Notes: generated by a model from the letters alone, not told the origin. A DNA stretch of 64,000 nucleotides from an uncultured Acidobacteriota bacterium (GCA_963741955.1 CAVUKB010000004.1:64001-128000); one strand, 5' to 3'. Positions 9,992-20,455 are shown, numbered from the stretch's first letter. Numbers and translations are program-made.

Positions 9992-10430
9992 TGTGGGTTG
10001 GAGGTCCCGTCCGATGCAGGGCGACTGTGGGTTGGACGTCCCGTCCGATGCAGGGCGCCCAGGTGGGTTGGACGTCCCGTCCGATGCAGGGCGCCCAAGT
10101 GGGTTGGACGTCCCGTCCGATGCAGGGCGGCGTCCCGCGCCGGCCTGCTCCAGGAGTGATGCGCGGCTCGTCGCGAGTAAGGAGACACGAACGCACCGCG
10201 ACGCGAGAGAAGCGATGCGGGTGCCGTTGACACCATCGCTCCCCGGCAGGATGCCGGGGAGCCTCGCGCAGGATGCGCGACCCACTTTCGCGCGACCCAC
10301 AGGTGCGCGACCCACAGATGCGCGACCCACTTTCGCGCGACCCACAGGATGCGCGACCCACAGGTGCGCGAGCCACAGATGCGCGAGCCACAGGTGCGCG
10401 AGCCACAGGTGCGCGAGCCACAGATGCGCG
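9992..10430. repeat. Second locus of the 4760-6137 repeat family with expanded terminal modules
   Basis: 4 copies of GTGGGTTGGACGTCCCGTCCGATGCAGGGCG, a CTCCCCGGCAGGATGCCGGGGAG hairpin, and many GCGCGA(C/G)CCAC tails. Confidence 0.88.
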
Positions 10431-10436
10431 CTGCTC

Positions 10437-11855
10437 CTACAGCAACGCTTCGATCACGTCGCGCGCAGAGTAAGAGGTCCGGCCCGGAGCGAGGAAGCGG
10501 CCGATCTCCGTCAGTGCATCGCCGGCCGTGACCAGCGGCTTCTCGATCGAGCCGCCGTTCCTGAGCTGCGGCTGGCCGATATTCGCCAGCAGTGCGTTGC
10601 AGAGGCATTTCCGGCCGACCGTGTCGGCGGGATCGCCGCCCTTCGCGACGTATGTGTCGACCGGTTCGGCGGCGCAGCGATAGCCGATCGCTCCATCTTC
10701 TTTCCGGTACAGCTCCCGGAGAAATCCGAGATCGCAGACGCGCTCCCGAACCGCGTAACCGGCTTCTTCGCTGAGTGAACCTTCGAGCCGGGCGACTTTG
10801 AAAGGAAAACCGGTCGGCGAGGCCAGCCTGTCAGTAAAGACCTGACCCCTTCCGGCGGCGGACTCCCGGAGGATCTCCTCCCGGAATTCCTGTTTCAGCC
10901 CCGACTCTTCGCAGAAAGCGAACGCGGTCCCGATCTGGACACCTTCGGCGCCGAGCTCCAGCGCTTCGTTCAGCTTCTCTCGCGTTGCCTTCCCTCCGGC
11001 GAGCCAGAATGGCACTCCGAGCTCGCGCAGCTTCTCGAGGTCGACCGCGTCCTTTTCGCCGTACACCGGCTCCCCGGCTTCATTCACCTGGAGCTTCCCC
11101 CGAGGAGGCGCATTGTGTCCACCGGCGGTGGGTCCCTCGACCACGAAGCCGTCGATCCGCCCGTTCGAGCGCTTCAGCATCGTCATCGCGAGTACGTTCG
11201 ACGAGATGATCGGAAGAAACTTCGGCCGCTGGAGCTCCGGAAGCTCCAGCCCTCCGGTGAATTCGGTGGGATCGAACTGCACCGTCACCGGTCCGTCTCC
11301 GTTGTTTCCGGTCACCTGCAGCTCGTAACTCGCGGATGCGTGGGTGGCGAACTGGTCGAGGACGCCCGGAATGCGGATCGCGATCCCCGCCCCCATGATC
11401 ACCACCGCCACTCCCGCCAGCATCGCGCCGTAGATCGAGGCGAGGTGGGGGAGCTGGATCTTCTCCAGATAGTTGATGCCGACCGGGTTGGAGTGCCCTT
11501 CGCGCGCCAGGATCACTTCGACGAAGTTCCCCATCACGCAGAGCTCCCGGAGAGACCGGTTCCCGTTCACCGAGTGCATCGGCACCGGGAGATACGGATC
11601 GGTGGGGGCCTTCCCTCCGGGAATGAAGTACTTCCGGCAGATCCGTTCCGCCATCTCGCGGATGGGAAAATTCTCCATGGCCCGGCGGACGTTGCCGTCT
11701 TCGTCCCCATCCTGAAGCCGGCGCGCAAGAAGCGTATCGAGGGCGATTCCCGAGACCACGCCCAACTGCCCGAGCGACGAGACTGCACGAGCGAGTTTCC
11801 AGGACGAGACTCCGGCGCCCATTCCACCTTGAATGATTCGAGGTCGGTCCGACAT
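10437..11855 (-). CDS. Nitronate monooxygenase / 2-nitropropane dioxygenase-like flavoprotein
   Basis: IIQGGMG, VEGPTAGGH, GVQIGTAF..CEESG and SPTGFPFK motifs; start at MSDRPRII. Confidence 0.88.
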   Translation of the reverse strand: MSDRPRIIQGGMGAGVSSWKLARAVSSLGQLGVVSGIALDTLLARRLQDGDEDGNVRRAMENFPIREMAERICRKYFIPGGKAPTDPYLPVPMHSVNGNRSLRELCVMGNFVEVILAREGHSNPVGINYLEKIQLPHLASIYGAMLAGVAVVIMGAGIAIRIPGVLDQFATHASASYELQVTGNNGDGPVTVQFDPTEFTGGLELPELQRPKFLPIISSNVLAMTMLKRSNGRIDGFVVEGPTAGGHNAPPRGKLQVNEAGEPVYGEKDAVDLEKLRELGVPFWLAGGKATREKLNEALELGAEGVQIGTAFAFCEESGLKQEFREEILRESAAGRGQVFTDRLASPTGFPFKVARLEGSLSEEAGYAVRERVCDLGFLRELYRKEDGAIGYRCAAEPVDTYVAKGGDPADTVGRKCLCNALLANIGQPQLRNGGSIEKPLVTAGDALTEIGRFLAPGRTSYSARDVIEALL

Positions 11856-11948
11856 CAGCCGCTCATTATGGACGAGGCTCGTCGCGATGTGCCTGTCGTC
11901 CGTCACACCGGGCCGTGACGCCGGCCTCCGCCCCAAGAGTGCGCCGGA

Positions 11949-12179
11949 TCACCGAAACGACGACATCGCGCGGTGCAGAAGCGACGGATTCGCCTTCGCG
12001 ACGATCCGGACCGCCGGTACGGTCGAGATCGCACCGATCGCAGTGAGTGTCAACCCGGCCGCGAGCCTCCCGCGATCGCTCATGTGACGGCTGGCGAGAA
12101 GCGCAATCCCCGCCCCCAGCATCGCGCGTGTTCCGATGATGAACATCAGTTCCGGCATACTCAGCAATCTGTCCTGCAT
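11949..12179 (-). CDS. Small hypothetical membrane protein
   Basis: Two hydrophobic stretches; GAGGA RBS upstream. Confidence 0.6.
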   Translation of the reverse strand: MQDRLLSMPELMFIIGTRAMLGAGIALLASRHMSDRGRLAAGLTLTAIGAISTVPAVRIVAKANPSLLHRAMSSFR

Positions 12180-12384
12180 GGTCGTCCTCTCTTCGCTCGA
12201 GGCGATGCAACCTGGATGACAACCCCGGCCGTCTCAATTTCGGCTCCGCGACGCCTCCCCGCCAGCGATCGAGACGCCCCAACCTCGATGACCGCCGAGC
12301 TCGGCCCGTCGAGGCCCCCTACCTCCACCCGCACCCCCTTTCCTTCGACCATCCGCCGAGGTACCCTCGGGAGTGAGACGAACG

Positions 12385-12594
12385 ATGAAAGAAGTGAAGA
12401 AGAAAGTGGTGGTCCTCGAGGATGGAACCGTCGTCGTCGACGGGGTTCCGGTGAAAAAAGGGGACGAAGTCGAAGTGGTGATCCGGATCGGTGATCCCGT
12501 CGCGCCGGGATATCCGCTCCGGGGACTCCCGGTGCGGTACGTCGACCCGTTCGGTCCGGCGGCCGACGAATCGGAGTGGGACGCGTCGAAGTGA
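12385..12594 (+). CDS. Putative antitoxin (swapped-hairpin type)
   Basis: Small acidic ORF (V.EDGTVVV...GDEVEVVI); GTGA overlap with the PIN toxin. Confidence 0.7.
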   Translation: MKEVKKKVVVLEDGTVVVDGVPVKKGDEVEVVIRIGDPVAPGYPLRGLPVRYVDPFGPAADESEWDASK

Positions 12595-13004
12595 TCCTCC
12601 TGGACACCCATATCTGGATCTGGTGGGTGCACGGCGACCTCGCCCTCCCGTCACGCGTTCAGGCTTCCATCGAGCTCCGCTCCGGCGAAGGAATCGCCGT
12701 CAGCGCGATCTCGTGCTGGGAAGTGGCGAAGCTCGTCGAACGGGGACGTCTCGACCTTCCACTCGAGATTCGCGAATGGATGGAGATGGCGCTGTCGGGA
12801 TCGGGCGTCACGATCATTCCGATCTCTCCTTCGATTGCGATCGAGAGTACGACTCTTCCCGGGACGTTCCATCGCGATCCGGCGGATCAGATCATCGTCG
12901 CCACCGCGCGCGTGCACCGCTTCCCGCTCGTCACCTGCGACACGAAAATCCGGAGCTACCCGCATGTTTCGCTCGTGGAGGACATGCAGATTCACGACGG
13001 CTGA
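12591..13004 (+). CDS. vapC: VapC-family PIN-domain toxin
   Basis: GTG start, ILLDTHIWIWW, SAISCWE, HRDPADQIIVATA, LVTCD. Confidence 0.92.
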   Translation: MILLDTHIWIWWVHGDLALPSRVQASIELRSGEGIAVSAISCWEVAKLVERGRLDLPLEIREWMEMALSGSGVTIIPISPSIAIESTTLPGTFHRDPADQIIVATARVHRFPLVTCDTKIRSYPHVSLVEDMQIHDG

Positions 13005-13036
13005 CGTGGGCGGACACGCGCTTTGCGCGGCTTTAG

Positions 13037-13213
13037 CCCGCATTTCTCACACCATCTCTGCTGCGGAGACGGATAGCGGCCTGTCTGCTGCGTTGCGCCC
13101 GGCTTCGGCTCCTCGACATAGTCACCACTATGCCTTCGTTGCCGAAGCCGGGCGCGCCTTGCATCCAAGCCACTCTCCGCCTCCTCGCAACGAGGCGGTG
13201 TGAGAATTGCGGG
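13037..13213. mobile_element. 177-bp MITE, copy 2
   Basis: Same TIRs as copy 1; TTAG direct repeat on both sides (13033-13036 and 13214-13217). Confidence 0.9.
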
Positions 13214-13289
13214 TTAGATGATCGTGCGTTCGGGCACGTCATCGCCCGACGCGACGATGACAATCGGGTCATTCGATTCGCCAAAACTG

Positions 13290-13318
13290 CTGACGCCGGC
13301 ATTTTCGTGCGCTATAGT
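13290..13318 (+). promoter_or_regulatory. Putative sigma-70-type promoter of asnB
   Basis: CTGACG-17 nt-TATAGT. Confidence 0.45.
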
Positions 13319-13462
13319 CGCCTCGCGCGTCCCGTCGCCGGTGATGCCCGCCCACATCGGGCAGAACCCGTCTCGCGCACGAACGGAGCCGCCCTCCGAT
13401 CCATCGAAGGGCGTTTCGCTCGCCTGACGGAAGATCGCCCGACGGAGGGAAACGGATTACAG

Positions 13463-15307
13463 ATGTGTGGGATCGCGTCACTCTTCGTCTACGGTGAAAC
13501 GTCTGATTGCGTCGATTCCGATGAGCTGATCCGGATTCGGGAGGCGATGAGCCCGAGAGGGCCCGACGGATCGGGGCTCTGGATCTCTCCCGACCGGCGC
13601 ACCGGCCTCGCGCACCGCCGCCTCAAGATCATCGATCTCTCCGAAGCGGCGGCCCAGCCGATGGCGGCCGGCCCGCTGACCATCGTCTTCAACGGTGAGA
13701 TCTTCAACTACCGCGAGCTGCGGGGCGAGCTCGAACGCGAAGGAGTGACGTTTCGCAGCCATTCCGACACGGAAGTCCTCCTCCGACTGTACGAGCGGTA
13801 CGGCGCCGACGCGCTCCGCCGTCTGCGCGGGATGTTCGCCTTCGTGGTGTGGGATGAACGAACCCGGTCGCTCTTCGCCGCCCGCGATCCATTCGGGATC
13901 AAACCGCTCTACTACTTCGACGACGGGAGCACCATTCGAATCGCGTCGCAGGTCAAGGCGCTTCGCGCCGGTGGGGCCGTTGGGAGTTCCGTCGAGCCCG
14001 CGGGAGTGGCCGGTTTTCTCCTGATGGGAGTCGTTCCGGAGCCCTTCACCATGTATCGCGACGTCCGGGCCCTTCCCGCAGGGTCGTTTCTCCGTGTCTC
14101 TGCGGACGGCGTCCGCGAGACCCCGTACTACGTTCTGGCCGAGAAGTTCCGCAACGCGGTTCTCGACGCCACGGATCTCGATGACGAGAGCTCCGGGAGG
14201 ATCCTGAACGAGACCATTCGCGAGAGTGTGGCCGCTCATCTCGTCTCGGATGTGCCGGTCGGCGTCTTCCTTTCCGGCGGTCTCGACTCGAGCTCCGTCA
14301 CCGGTGTGATCCGTGACCTCACGGACGGAGAGATCCCGACGCTCACCGTCGGCTTCAGCGAATACGCCGGACGTCAGACCGATGAGACCCCGTACGCGCG
14401 GGAAGCCGCGGAGCTGTACCGCACGTCTCATTCGACCAGGATCGTCACCCGTGAAGAGTTCGAGGCGTCGCTCCCGGAGATCTTCTCCGCGATGGACCAG
14501 CCGTCGATCGACGGCGTGAACAGCTGGTTCGTCAGCCTCGCCGCGCGCGAGCTCGGATGGAAGACCGCGATCTCCGGAACCGGAGGAGACGAGTTGTTCG
14601 GCGGCTATCACTCTTTCCGCAAGATTCCCCGGCGGGTCCGTCTGCTCTCGCTTCCGGCCCGCATTCCGGGAGCCGGCGATCTCCTCTGGCGCCTGGTCGA
14701 GCCGATCGCCAGGCGTTCCTCGAAGGTGAACCCACGCATCGGCGCGATGCTCAAGTACGGCGGGTCGTACGGAGGGGCGTATCTGATCAAGAGGGGACTC
14801 TTCATGCCCGAAGAGCTCGGATCGATCATGGGTGACGAGGCCGCGGCAGAGGGGCTGGCGCGGCTCGGAACCATCGACTTCATCTCACGCGAGCTCGATC
14901 CCGATCCCGGAACGCCGTCCACCCGGGTTGCCGTCCTCGAGATGCGACTCTTTCTCCGCAACCGGCTTCTCAGGGACATCGACTGGGCCAGCATGGCGCA
15001 CGGACTCGAAGTGAGAGTCCCGCTGATCGACGTTCCGCTTTTCGAGCGGCTCCTGCCGATCATCGTGAAACATCCCGGGTGGGCCAAACATCTCCTCACC
15101 GGCGTTCCCACCCGTGGCGTCCCGCAGTCGCTGCTCACGCGCCGGAAGACGGGGTTCAACGTTCCCATCCGGCAGTGGGCACGTGAAGCGAAGGAGCGGC
15201 GTCCGGAATTCGGGAACCGCTCCTGGGCGCGCCGGATCTACGAGGAGCAGATCCTCGGCGCATCGAATCCCTCCTTCGATCCGGTTCGCGAGCTGATCGA
15301 GGCGTAA
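13463..15307 (+). CDS. asnB: Asparagine synthase (glutamine-hydrolysing) family amidotransferase
   Basis: N-terminal MCGI, RGPD, HRRL.IID, FNGEIFN, ARDPFGIKPLY, LSGGLDSS, SGTGGDELFGGY, SMAHGLEVRVP. Confidence 0.93.
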   Translation: MCGIASLFVYGETSDCVDSDELIRIREAMSPRGPDGSGLWISPDRRTGLAHRRLKIIDLSEAAAQPMAAGPLTIVFNGEIFNYRELRGELEREGVTFRSHSDTEVLLRLYERYGADALRRLRGMFAFVVWDERTRSLFAARDPFGIKPLYYFDDGSTIRIASQVKALRAGGAVGSSVEPAGVAGFLLMGVVPEPFTMYRDVRALPAGSFLRVSADGVRETPYYVLAEKFRNAVLDATDLDDESSGRILNETIRESVAAHLVSDVPVGVFLSGGLDSSSVTGVIRDLTDGEIPTLTVGFSEYAGRQTDETPYAREAAELYRTSHSTRIVTREEFEASLPEIFSAMDQPSIDGVNSWFVSLAARELGWKTAISGTGGDELFGGYHSFRKIPRRVRLLSLPARIPGAGDLLWRLVEPIARRSSKVNPRIGAMLKYGGSYGGAYLIKRGLFMPEELGSIMGDEAAAEGLARLGTIDFISRELDPDPGTPSTRVAVLEMRLFLRNRLLRDIDWASMAHGLEVRVPLIDVPLFERLLPIIVKHPGWAKHLLTGVPTRGVPQSLLTRRKTGFNVPIRQWAREAKERRPEFGNRSWARRIYEEQILGASNPSFDPVRELIEA

Positions 15308-15347
15308 GCCGTCATTCCCGCGAGAGGCGTCTCGATTCGCGCCAGGA

Positions 15348-16349
15348 TCACTCCTGACTCTGCTGCCTGTCGATCTCTTTCAGCTCGTGACGGATCGTAT
15401 CGAGAATGCGCTGATCCGAATCGATGGCGAGCTGGATCAACGGGGGCATCGGACCGTATCCGCGGTACACGACGACGAAGCGATCCAGCCGGAACGCGAC
15501 TGCACGGCCGAAGTGGCGATCCTCACCGGTGAGGTTTTCTTCGCCCAGATTCGGCACCTGGTCGAGGAGGCGTCCATTGGTGACGAAGAAAGTCCGCAAC
15601 TGCTGAAGGATTTCTCCCGCTTCCTCTTTGCCCGCGGCGGCGACGATCACTCCGTCTGCCTGCTGGTCGTTCACTTTGAATGATGCGGTGAACGCGTGAT
15701 TCAGATACGGCTGCCCGAGCGCCGGTCCGGCCTGGTACGCTTCACTGTGAGCGACGCGGGAGCCTTCCGGAAAAAAGCGGAAGACCGCGGGAAGAGTGCC
15801 GGCCGCCGCCATCGACGAGGTCACGGTCCGCGCGAGCGCGAGAAGAGGTTTCTGATCCGCGCCCGACGCGCCGATGATCCGCACGTAGAAAGCCCCTCGC
15901 CAGATGTGGATCGAATGCGGCCCGGTGAAGGACTGATCGGGGATGTCCAGAAACGAAACGACGTTCTTCCGGCGCGTCGAGTAGGCGCCGAAGGCCTGGA
16001 TGAAATCGGGGAAGCGGAAGACCTCCAGCGTCGCGAATCCTCCCGGTTCCGTACTGACGTAGTTCCCCACGGTCAGATCGAGCAGGCCGTAGGCGAGAAA
16101 ATGGTTCGCGTCGGAACCGAGGTATTGCGCTGCTGATTTTGCCGGGAAGACGAGCACTTCGTCGCGCAGCGACCATCCTTTCACTTCCTCCTCCCGCGGC
16201 ACGTACTGGAGGCTGGGGGAGTCGATGTGCGCGAAGTCCTGGTACTGCGGGCCGGAAGGGGTCTCCGCTGGAAGAGGCGCTTCGCGGCCGCCGCAGCCGC
16301 AGACGAGCAGCAGGAGGGCGACGGCCGCGATTCCGCGGATCCGTGTCAA
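15348..16349 (-). CDS. Putative lipoprotein (DUF6599-like)
   Basis: TTG start overlapping the pepA stop; lipobox-like LLLLVCGC; AFGAYS motif. Confidence 0.7.
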   Translation of the reverse strand: MTRIRGIAAVALLLLVCGCGGREAPLPAETPSGPQYQDFAHIDSPSLQYVPREEEVKGWSLRDEVLVFPAKSAAQYLGSDANHFLAYGLLDLTVGNYVSTEPGGFATLEVFRFPDFIQAFGAYSTRRKNVVSFLDIPDQSFTGPHSIHIWRGAFYVRIIGASGADQKPLLALARTVTSSMAAAGTLPAVFRFFPEGSRVAHSEAYQAGPALGQPYLNHAFTASFKVNDQQADGVIVAAAGKEEAGEILQQLRTFFVTNGRLLDQVPNLGEENLTGEDRHFGRAVAFRLDRFVVVYRGYGPMPPLIQLAIDSDQRILDTIRHELKEIDRQQSQE

Positions 16350-17821
16350 CTCGCGAGCGAACGAAGGAATCCGACCGTCGCACGGACGCCCGCACCCGTC
16401 GCGCCCTTCACTTCGCGCGCGGTCTCGTTGTCGGCCCATGCGGTCCCTGCGATGTCCAGGTGCGCCCAGGAGGGGACGTCGACGAACTCCTCGAGGAATA
16501 CCGCCGCGGTGATCGCTCCTCCCCATCGGCCGCCGGAGTTCTTCATGTCCGCCCATTCGCTTCGGATCAGTTCCTTGTACTCGTTCCATTCCGGAAGACG
16601 CCAGAGCCGTTCGCCGCATTTGTCGCCTTCTTCAATCAACTTCCGAGCCAGCTCATCGTCGTTCGAGAAAAGGCCCGACGATTCGTTCCCCAGCGCGACC
16701 ACGCAGGCGCCGGTCAGCGTCGCGAAATCGATCAGGTGATCGGGCTTCTGCTGTGAGGCCCAGTAGAGTGCGTCGGAGAGGATCATCCGTCCCTCCGCAT
16801 CGGTGTTCACGATCTCGACCGTCTTCCCCGACATGGTGGTGATGATGTCTCCCGGCTTGTAGGCGTTCCCTCCGGGAAGGTTCTCGGTCGAAGGGATGGC
16901 GCCGATGATCCGCACCGGAAGCTCGAGCCTGGCTGCCGCTTCGATGATGCCGATCACCGCGGCAGCGCCGCACATGTCGAACTTCATGTCCTCCATCTTC
17001 TCGGCGGGCTTGATCGAGATTCCACCGGAATCGAACGTGATTCCCTTGCCGACGAGCGCGACCGTGCGAGTCGCCTTCTTCGGCGCATACTCCAGCACGA
17101 TGAACCGCGGCTCCTGGGCCGATCCGCGGTTGACGGCCAGGAGGCCGCCCATCTTCATCTTCTCGATCGCCTTCTTGTCGTAGATGGTGCATTTGACCCC
17201 GGCCGATTGGGCGACTTCGCGAGCCCGCTCGGCGAGCCGCGCGGGGGTCATCTCGTTCCCCGGAGCATTGCCGAGGTCCCGAGCGGTCTCGACGGCGGCG
17301 GAGAGAATTGCTGCCTCCTCCGTCATCGCCTTTGCCTGTTTCGCGTCGACTTCCGCCGGAGCGAGGAGGACGCAGCGGATCGACGGACGCTTCTTCGAGT
17401 CGTCGGCGGTGAGGTAGCGGTCGTACTTGTAGTCCGACTGTCCGAGCCAGTCGGCGAGTAGCCGGGTCGTCGAGGCCGGGTCGAGATGGGCGAGGACGTA
17501 AGGGAACCATACTGCGATCGAGCCGTCCCGATTGCGGCGGGCCGTCTTCGCCACTGCATAGACGGCGCCTCGAACGGATCGCTGTGAAAGGGATTCTTCC
17601 TTTCCGAGCCCGACCAGGGTGATCTTCTTCGGCTCTTTTGAAAGGAGGGCGATCGACTCCTCGCTGCGGCCGGTGAAGGCTGAATGCCCGACCGCAGATT
17701 CGACCTCCTTACGGAGAGCCGCAGGAAGGTGCGAGAGCGAGCGCCGGTCGTCTTCGGCGAGCAGGATGAAAAGATTCTCGGTCTTCGAGAGCTTCGGGTC
17801 CCGTTGAATTTCTACGTGCAA
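16346..17821 (-). CDS. pepA: Leucyl aminopeptidase (M17)
   Basis: VGKGITFDSGG, MKFDMCG, NTDAEGR and ATLTGA motifs. Confidence 0.96.
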   Translation of the reverse strand: MHVEIQRDPKLSKTENLFILLAEDDRRSLSHLPAALRKEVESAVGHSAFTGRSEESIALLSKEPKKITLVGLGKEESLSQRSVRGAVYAVAKTARRNRDGSIAVWFPYVLAHLDPASTTRLLADWLGQSDYKYDRYLTADDSKKRPSIRCVLLAPAEVDAKQAKAMTEEAAILSAAVETARDLGNAPGNEMTPARLAERAREVAQSAGVKCTIYDKKAIEKMKMGGLLAVNRGSAQEPRFIVLEYAPKKATRTVALVGKGITFDSGGISIKPAEKMEDMKFDMCGAAAVIGIIEAAARLELPVRIIGAIPSTENLPGGNAYKPGDIITTMSGKTVEIVNTDAEGRMILSDALYWASQQKPDHLIDFATLTGACVVALGNESSGLFSNDDELARKLIEEGDKCGERLWRLPEWNEYKELIRSEWADMKNSGGRWGGAITAAVFLEEFVDVPSWAHLDIAGTAWADNETAREVKGATGAGVRATVGFLRSLAS

Positions 17822-17969
17822 GGTCTACCTCCTGATGACGATTGCCGTGACCGGTTCGCCCCCTTCGTGACCGTTCCGGACCGGCGGGATTGTATCAGTA
17901 GCCGGTTACGGGTTCCGAGTCGAAGTCGCCGGCAATGGCCGGCTCACGGCCGGGAAGTGGCGCGCCACC

Positions 17970-17985
17970 TGGCGTCACATTTGCT
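17970..17985 (+). promoter_or_regulatory. Putative sigma-54 -24/-12 promoter
   Basis: TGGCGT-CACAT-TTGCT with correct GG-N10-GC spacing, about 78 nt upstream of the regulator ATG. Confidence 0.55.
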
Positions 17986-18062
17986 GAAGTCGCTCGCGGA
18001 GGTGTCGTTCTGCGGTATCTTCGCCTCGGTTCCCGCAAAGCGGGATCCGCAGAGGTTCGTTC

Positions 18063-19439
18063 ATGCCGAGAGTGTTGATCATCGACGACGAAGCCGGAAT
18101 CCGCGAGGCGATCCGGATGACCCTCGAATACGAGAGCTATCGGGTCGACGAGGCGCGGTCCGGCCAGGAGGGAATCGACAAGGCGACCCGGGCCGATTAC
18201 GACGCGATCCTTCTCGACGTGAAGATGCCGGTCCTCGACGGGCTCGAAGTACTCGAGAACTTCAAGACGGCGCACCTCACCACACCGGTGGTGATGATCT
18301 CCGGGCACGGCGACATTCAGACCGCGGTCGAATCGACCCGGCTCGGTGCGTTCGATTTTCTGGAGAAACCGGTCAATCGCGACCGCCTCCTCCTCGCGAT
18401 CCGCAATGCCATCCGCCAGCGCAGCCTGGAAGAAGAGAACCGGGAGCTCAAAGAAAAAGAGGAGCGCGAATACCAGATCGTCGGGGAATCGCCATCCATG
18501 AAGGATCTGCGGGCGCAGATCGAGCGGGCGGCGCCTACCCGTGCCACGGTCCTGATCCAGGGAGAATCGGGGACGGGCAAGGAGCTGGTCGCCCGCGAGA
18601 TTCACCGGCGCTCGTCACGCGCGTCCGCGCCGTTCGTCCAGGTGAATTGCGCCGCGATCCCCGAAGAACTGATCGAGTCCGAGCTCTTCGGCCACGAGAA
18701 AGGTTCGTTCACCGGAGCGGTGCGGAAGCAGACCGGGAAGTTCATCGCTGCGGACGAGGGGACCATCTTTCTCGACGAAGTCGGCGACATGTCCTTCCGG
18801 ACCCAGGCCAAAGTTCTCCGCGTTCTGCAGGAAGGAGAGGTGGAGCCGGTCGGCGCTGCAACGGTGGTGAAGGTCGACGTGCGGGTCATCGCCGCAACGA
18901 ACAAGGATCTCCCGGAAGAGATCCGTGCGGGCCGTTTTCGCGAAGACCTTTACTACCGGCTCAACGTCATTCCGATCCGCACCCCTGCTCTCCGCGAGCG
19001 CCGCGAAGACGTGCCTCGCCTGGTCGAGCACTTCGCACGATTGTTCGCGTTGGAGAACAACTACCGGCCCAAGGAGTTCGCCCCCGCTGCGATGCGGGCC
19101 CTCCACGACGCTCCATGGCGCGGGAACGTGAGAGAGCTGAAGAACCTCATCGAGCGAGTGGTGATCATGTCCCCGGGCGAACAGGTGGAGATCGGCGACC
19201 TCCCTTCCGAGCTCTTCGTCTCTCCGGAGGAGATCATCACCGGTGCGATGAAGCTCGACCGGCTCCAGGACTTCAAGGACGAAGCGGAAAAGCTCTTCAT
19301 CCTGCGAAAGCTGCGGGAGAACGGCTGGAACGTCTCGCGGACCGCCGAATCGATCGATACGCCGCGCTCGAACCTCTACAAGAAGATCGAGCAGTACAAC
19401 ATCAAACGGGAAGGCGGCGCTCCAGCCGAGAGTGAATGA
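18063..19439 (+). CDS. Sigma-54-dependent response regulator (NtrC/NtrX-like; REC-AAA+-Fis HTH)
   Basis: IIDDE...LLDVKMP receiver domain, GESGTGKE, ELFGHEKGSFTGA, FREDLYYRLNV, C-terminal HTH. Confidence 0.95.
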   Translation: MPRVLIIDDEAGIREAIRMTLEYESYRVDEARSGQEGIDKATRADYDAILLDVKMPVLDGLEVLENFKTAHLTTPVVMISGHGDIQTAVESTRLGAFDFLEKPVNRDRLLLAIRNAIRQRSLEEENRELKEKEEREYQIVGESPSMKDLRAQIERAAPTRATVLIQGESGTGKELVAREIHRRSSRASAPFVQVNCAAIPEELIESELFGHEKGSFTGAVRKQTGKFIAADEGTIFLDEVGDMSFRTQAKVLRVLQEGEVEPVGAATVVKVDVRVIAATNKDLPEEIRAGRFREDLYYRLNVIPIRTPALRERREDVPRLVEHFARLFALENNYRPKEFAPAAMRALHDAPWRGNVRELKNLIERVVIMSPGEQVEIGDLPSELFVSPEEIITGAMKLDRLQDFKDEAEKLFILRKLRENGWNVSRTAESIDTPRSNLYKKIEQYNIKREGGAPAESE

Positions 19440-20278
19440 TGCCGGATGGCGAGCCCATCGGGATTTTCGACAGCGGCGTAGGGGGGTTGACCGTCTTTCG
19501 GGAGATCGCCCGAGCACTCCCTCACGAGCCGCTGATCTACCTCGGCGACACCGCCCGCGTCCCCTACGGGACGAAGTCGGTGGAGACGGTACGACGCTAC
19601 GCGCGTGAGGCGGCCGGCTTCCTGCTCGAGAGGGGAATCGGGATGCTGGTGGTGGCATGCAACACCGCTACCGCGGCCGCTCTCCCGGATCTCGCGTCCG
19701 AGCTTCCGGTTCCGGTGATCGGAGTCATCGAGCCAGGGGCCAGGTCTGCAGTCACGGTGAGCCGTGGACGGGTGGGAGTCATCGCGACCGAAGGGACAGT
19801 CCGCTCCGGAGCTTACGGGAAGGCGATCCGGCAGGTCGCTCCGGAGACGGAGGTGCTGGAAGCGGCCTGTCCTCTCTTCGTCGCCCTGGCCGAAGAGGGA
19901 TGGGCGAACACCCGTGTGGCGCGGGAAGTCGCCGAGGTCTATCTTCGTCCGCTCGTCGACGCCGGCATCGACACACTGGTGCTCGGCTGCACTCACTACC
20001 CGATCCTGCGCGGAACCATTCAATCCGTGGTGGGCGATGGAATCACCATCGTCGACTCCGCGGAGACCACCGCCCGAGCGGTTCGTGAACGCTTCCTCAT
20101 GGAGCGGACCGAGACGCGCGGAGCTCACCCTTCCTATCGCTTCCTCGTCACCGATTCGGAAGAACGCTTCCGGAAGATCGCCGGCGAGTTCCTCGATCAC
20201 GACGTCGATCATCTCGAGCTGGTGAGCCTGGAAGAGGAGAGCGAGGCGCGAGACGCGAGGCTCGAGGCTCGAGACTAG
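19436..20278 (+). CDS. murI: Glutamate racemase
   Basis: FDSGVGGLTV, VPYGTKS, VVACNTA and LGCTHYP motifs; ATGA overlap with the regulator. Confidence 0.96.
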   Translation: MMPDGEPIGIFDSGVGGLTVFREIARALPHEPLIYLGDTARVPYGTKSVETVRRYAREAAGFLLERGIGMLVVACNTATAAALPDLASELPVPVIGVIEPGARSAVTVSRGRVGVIATEGTVRSGAYGKAIRQVAPETEVLEAACPLFVALAEEGWANTRVAREVAEVYLRPLVDAGIDTLVLGCTHYPILRGTIQSVVGDGITIVDSAETTARAVRERFLMERTETRGAHPSYRFLVTDSEERFRKIAGEFLDHDVDHLELVSLEEESEARDARLEARD

Positions 20279-20455
20279 CCCGCATTTCTCACATCGTCTC
20301 TGCTGCGGAGACGGATAGCGGCCTGTCTACTACGTTGCGCACATCTTCGGCTCCTCAACATAGTCACCACTATGCCTTCGTCGCCGAAGCTGCGCGCGCC
20401 TTGTATCCAGACCGCTCTTCGCCTCCTCGCGTCGAGACGGTGTGAGAAATGCGGG
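20279..20455. mobile_element. 177-bp MITE, copy 3
   Basis: Same TIRs; CTAG on both sides; removal restores heptamer phase GAGGCTC-GAGACTA-GAGGCTC. Confidence 0.92.
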
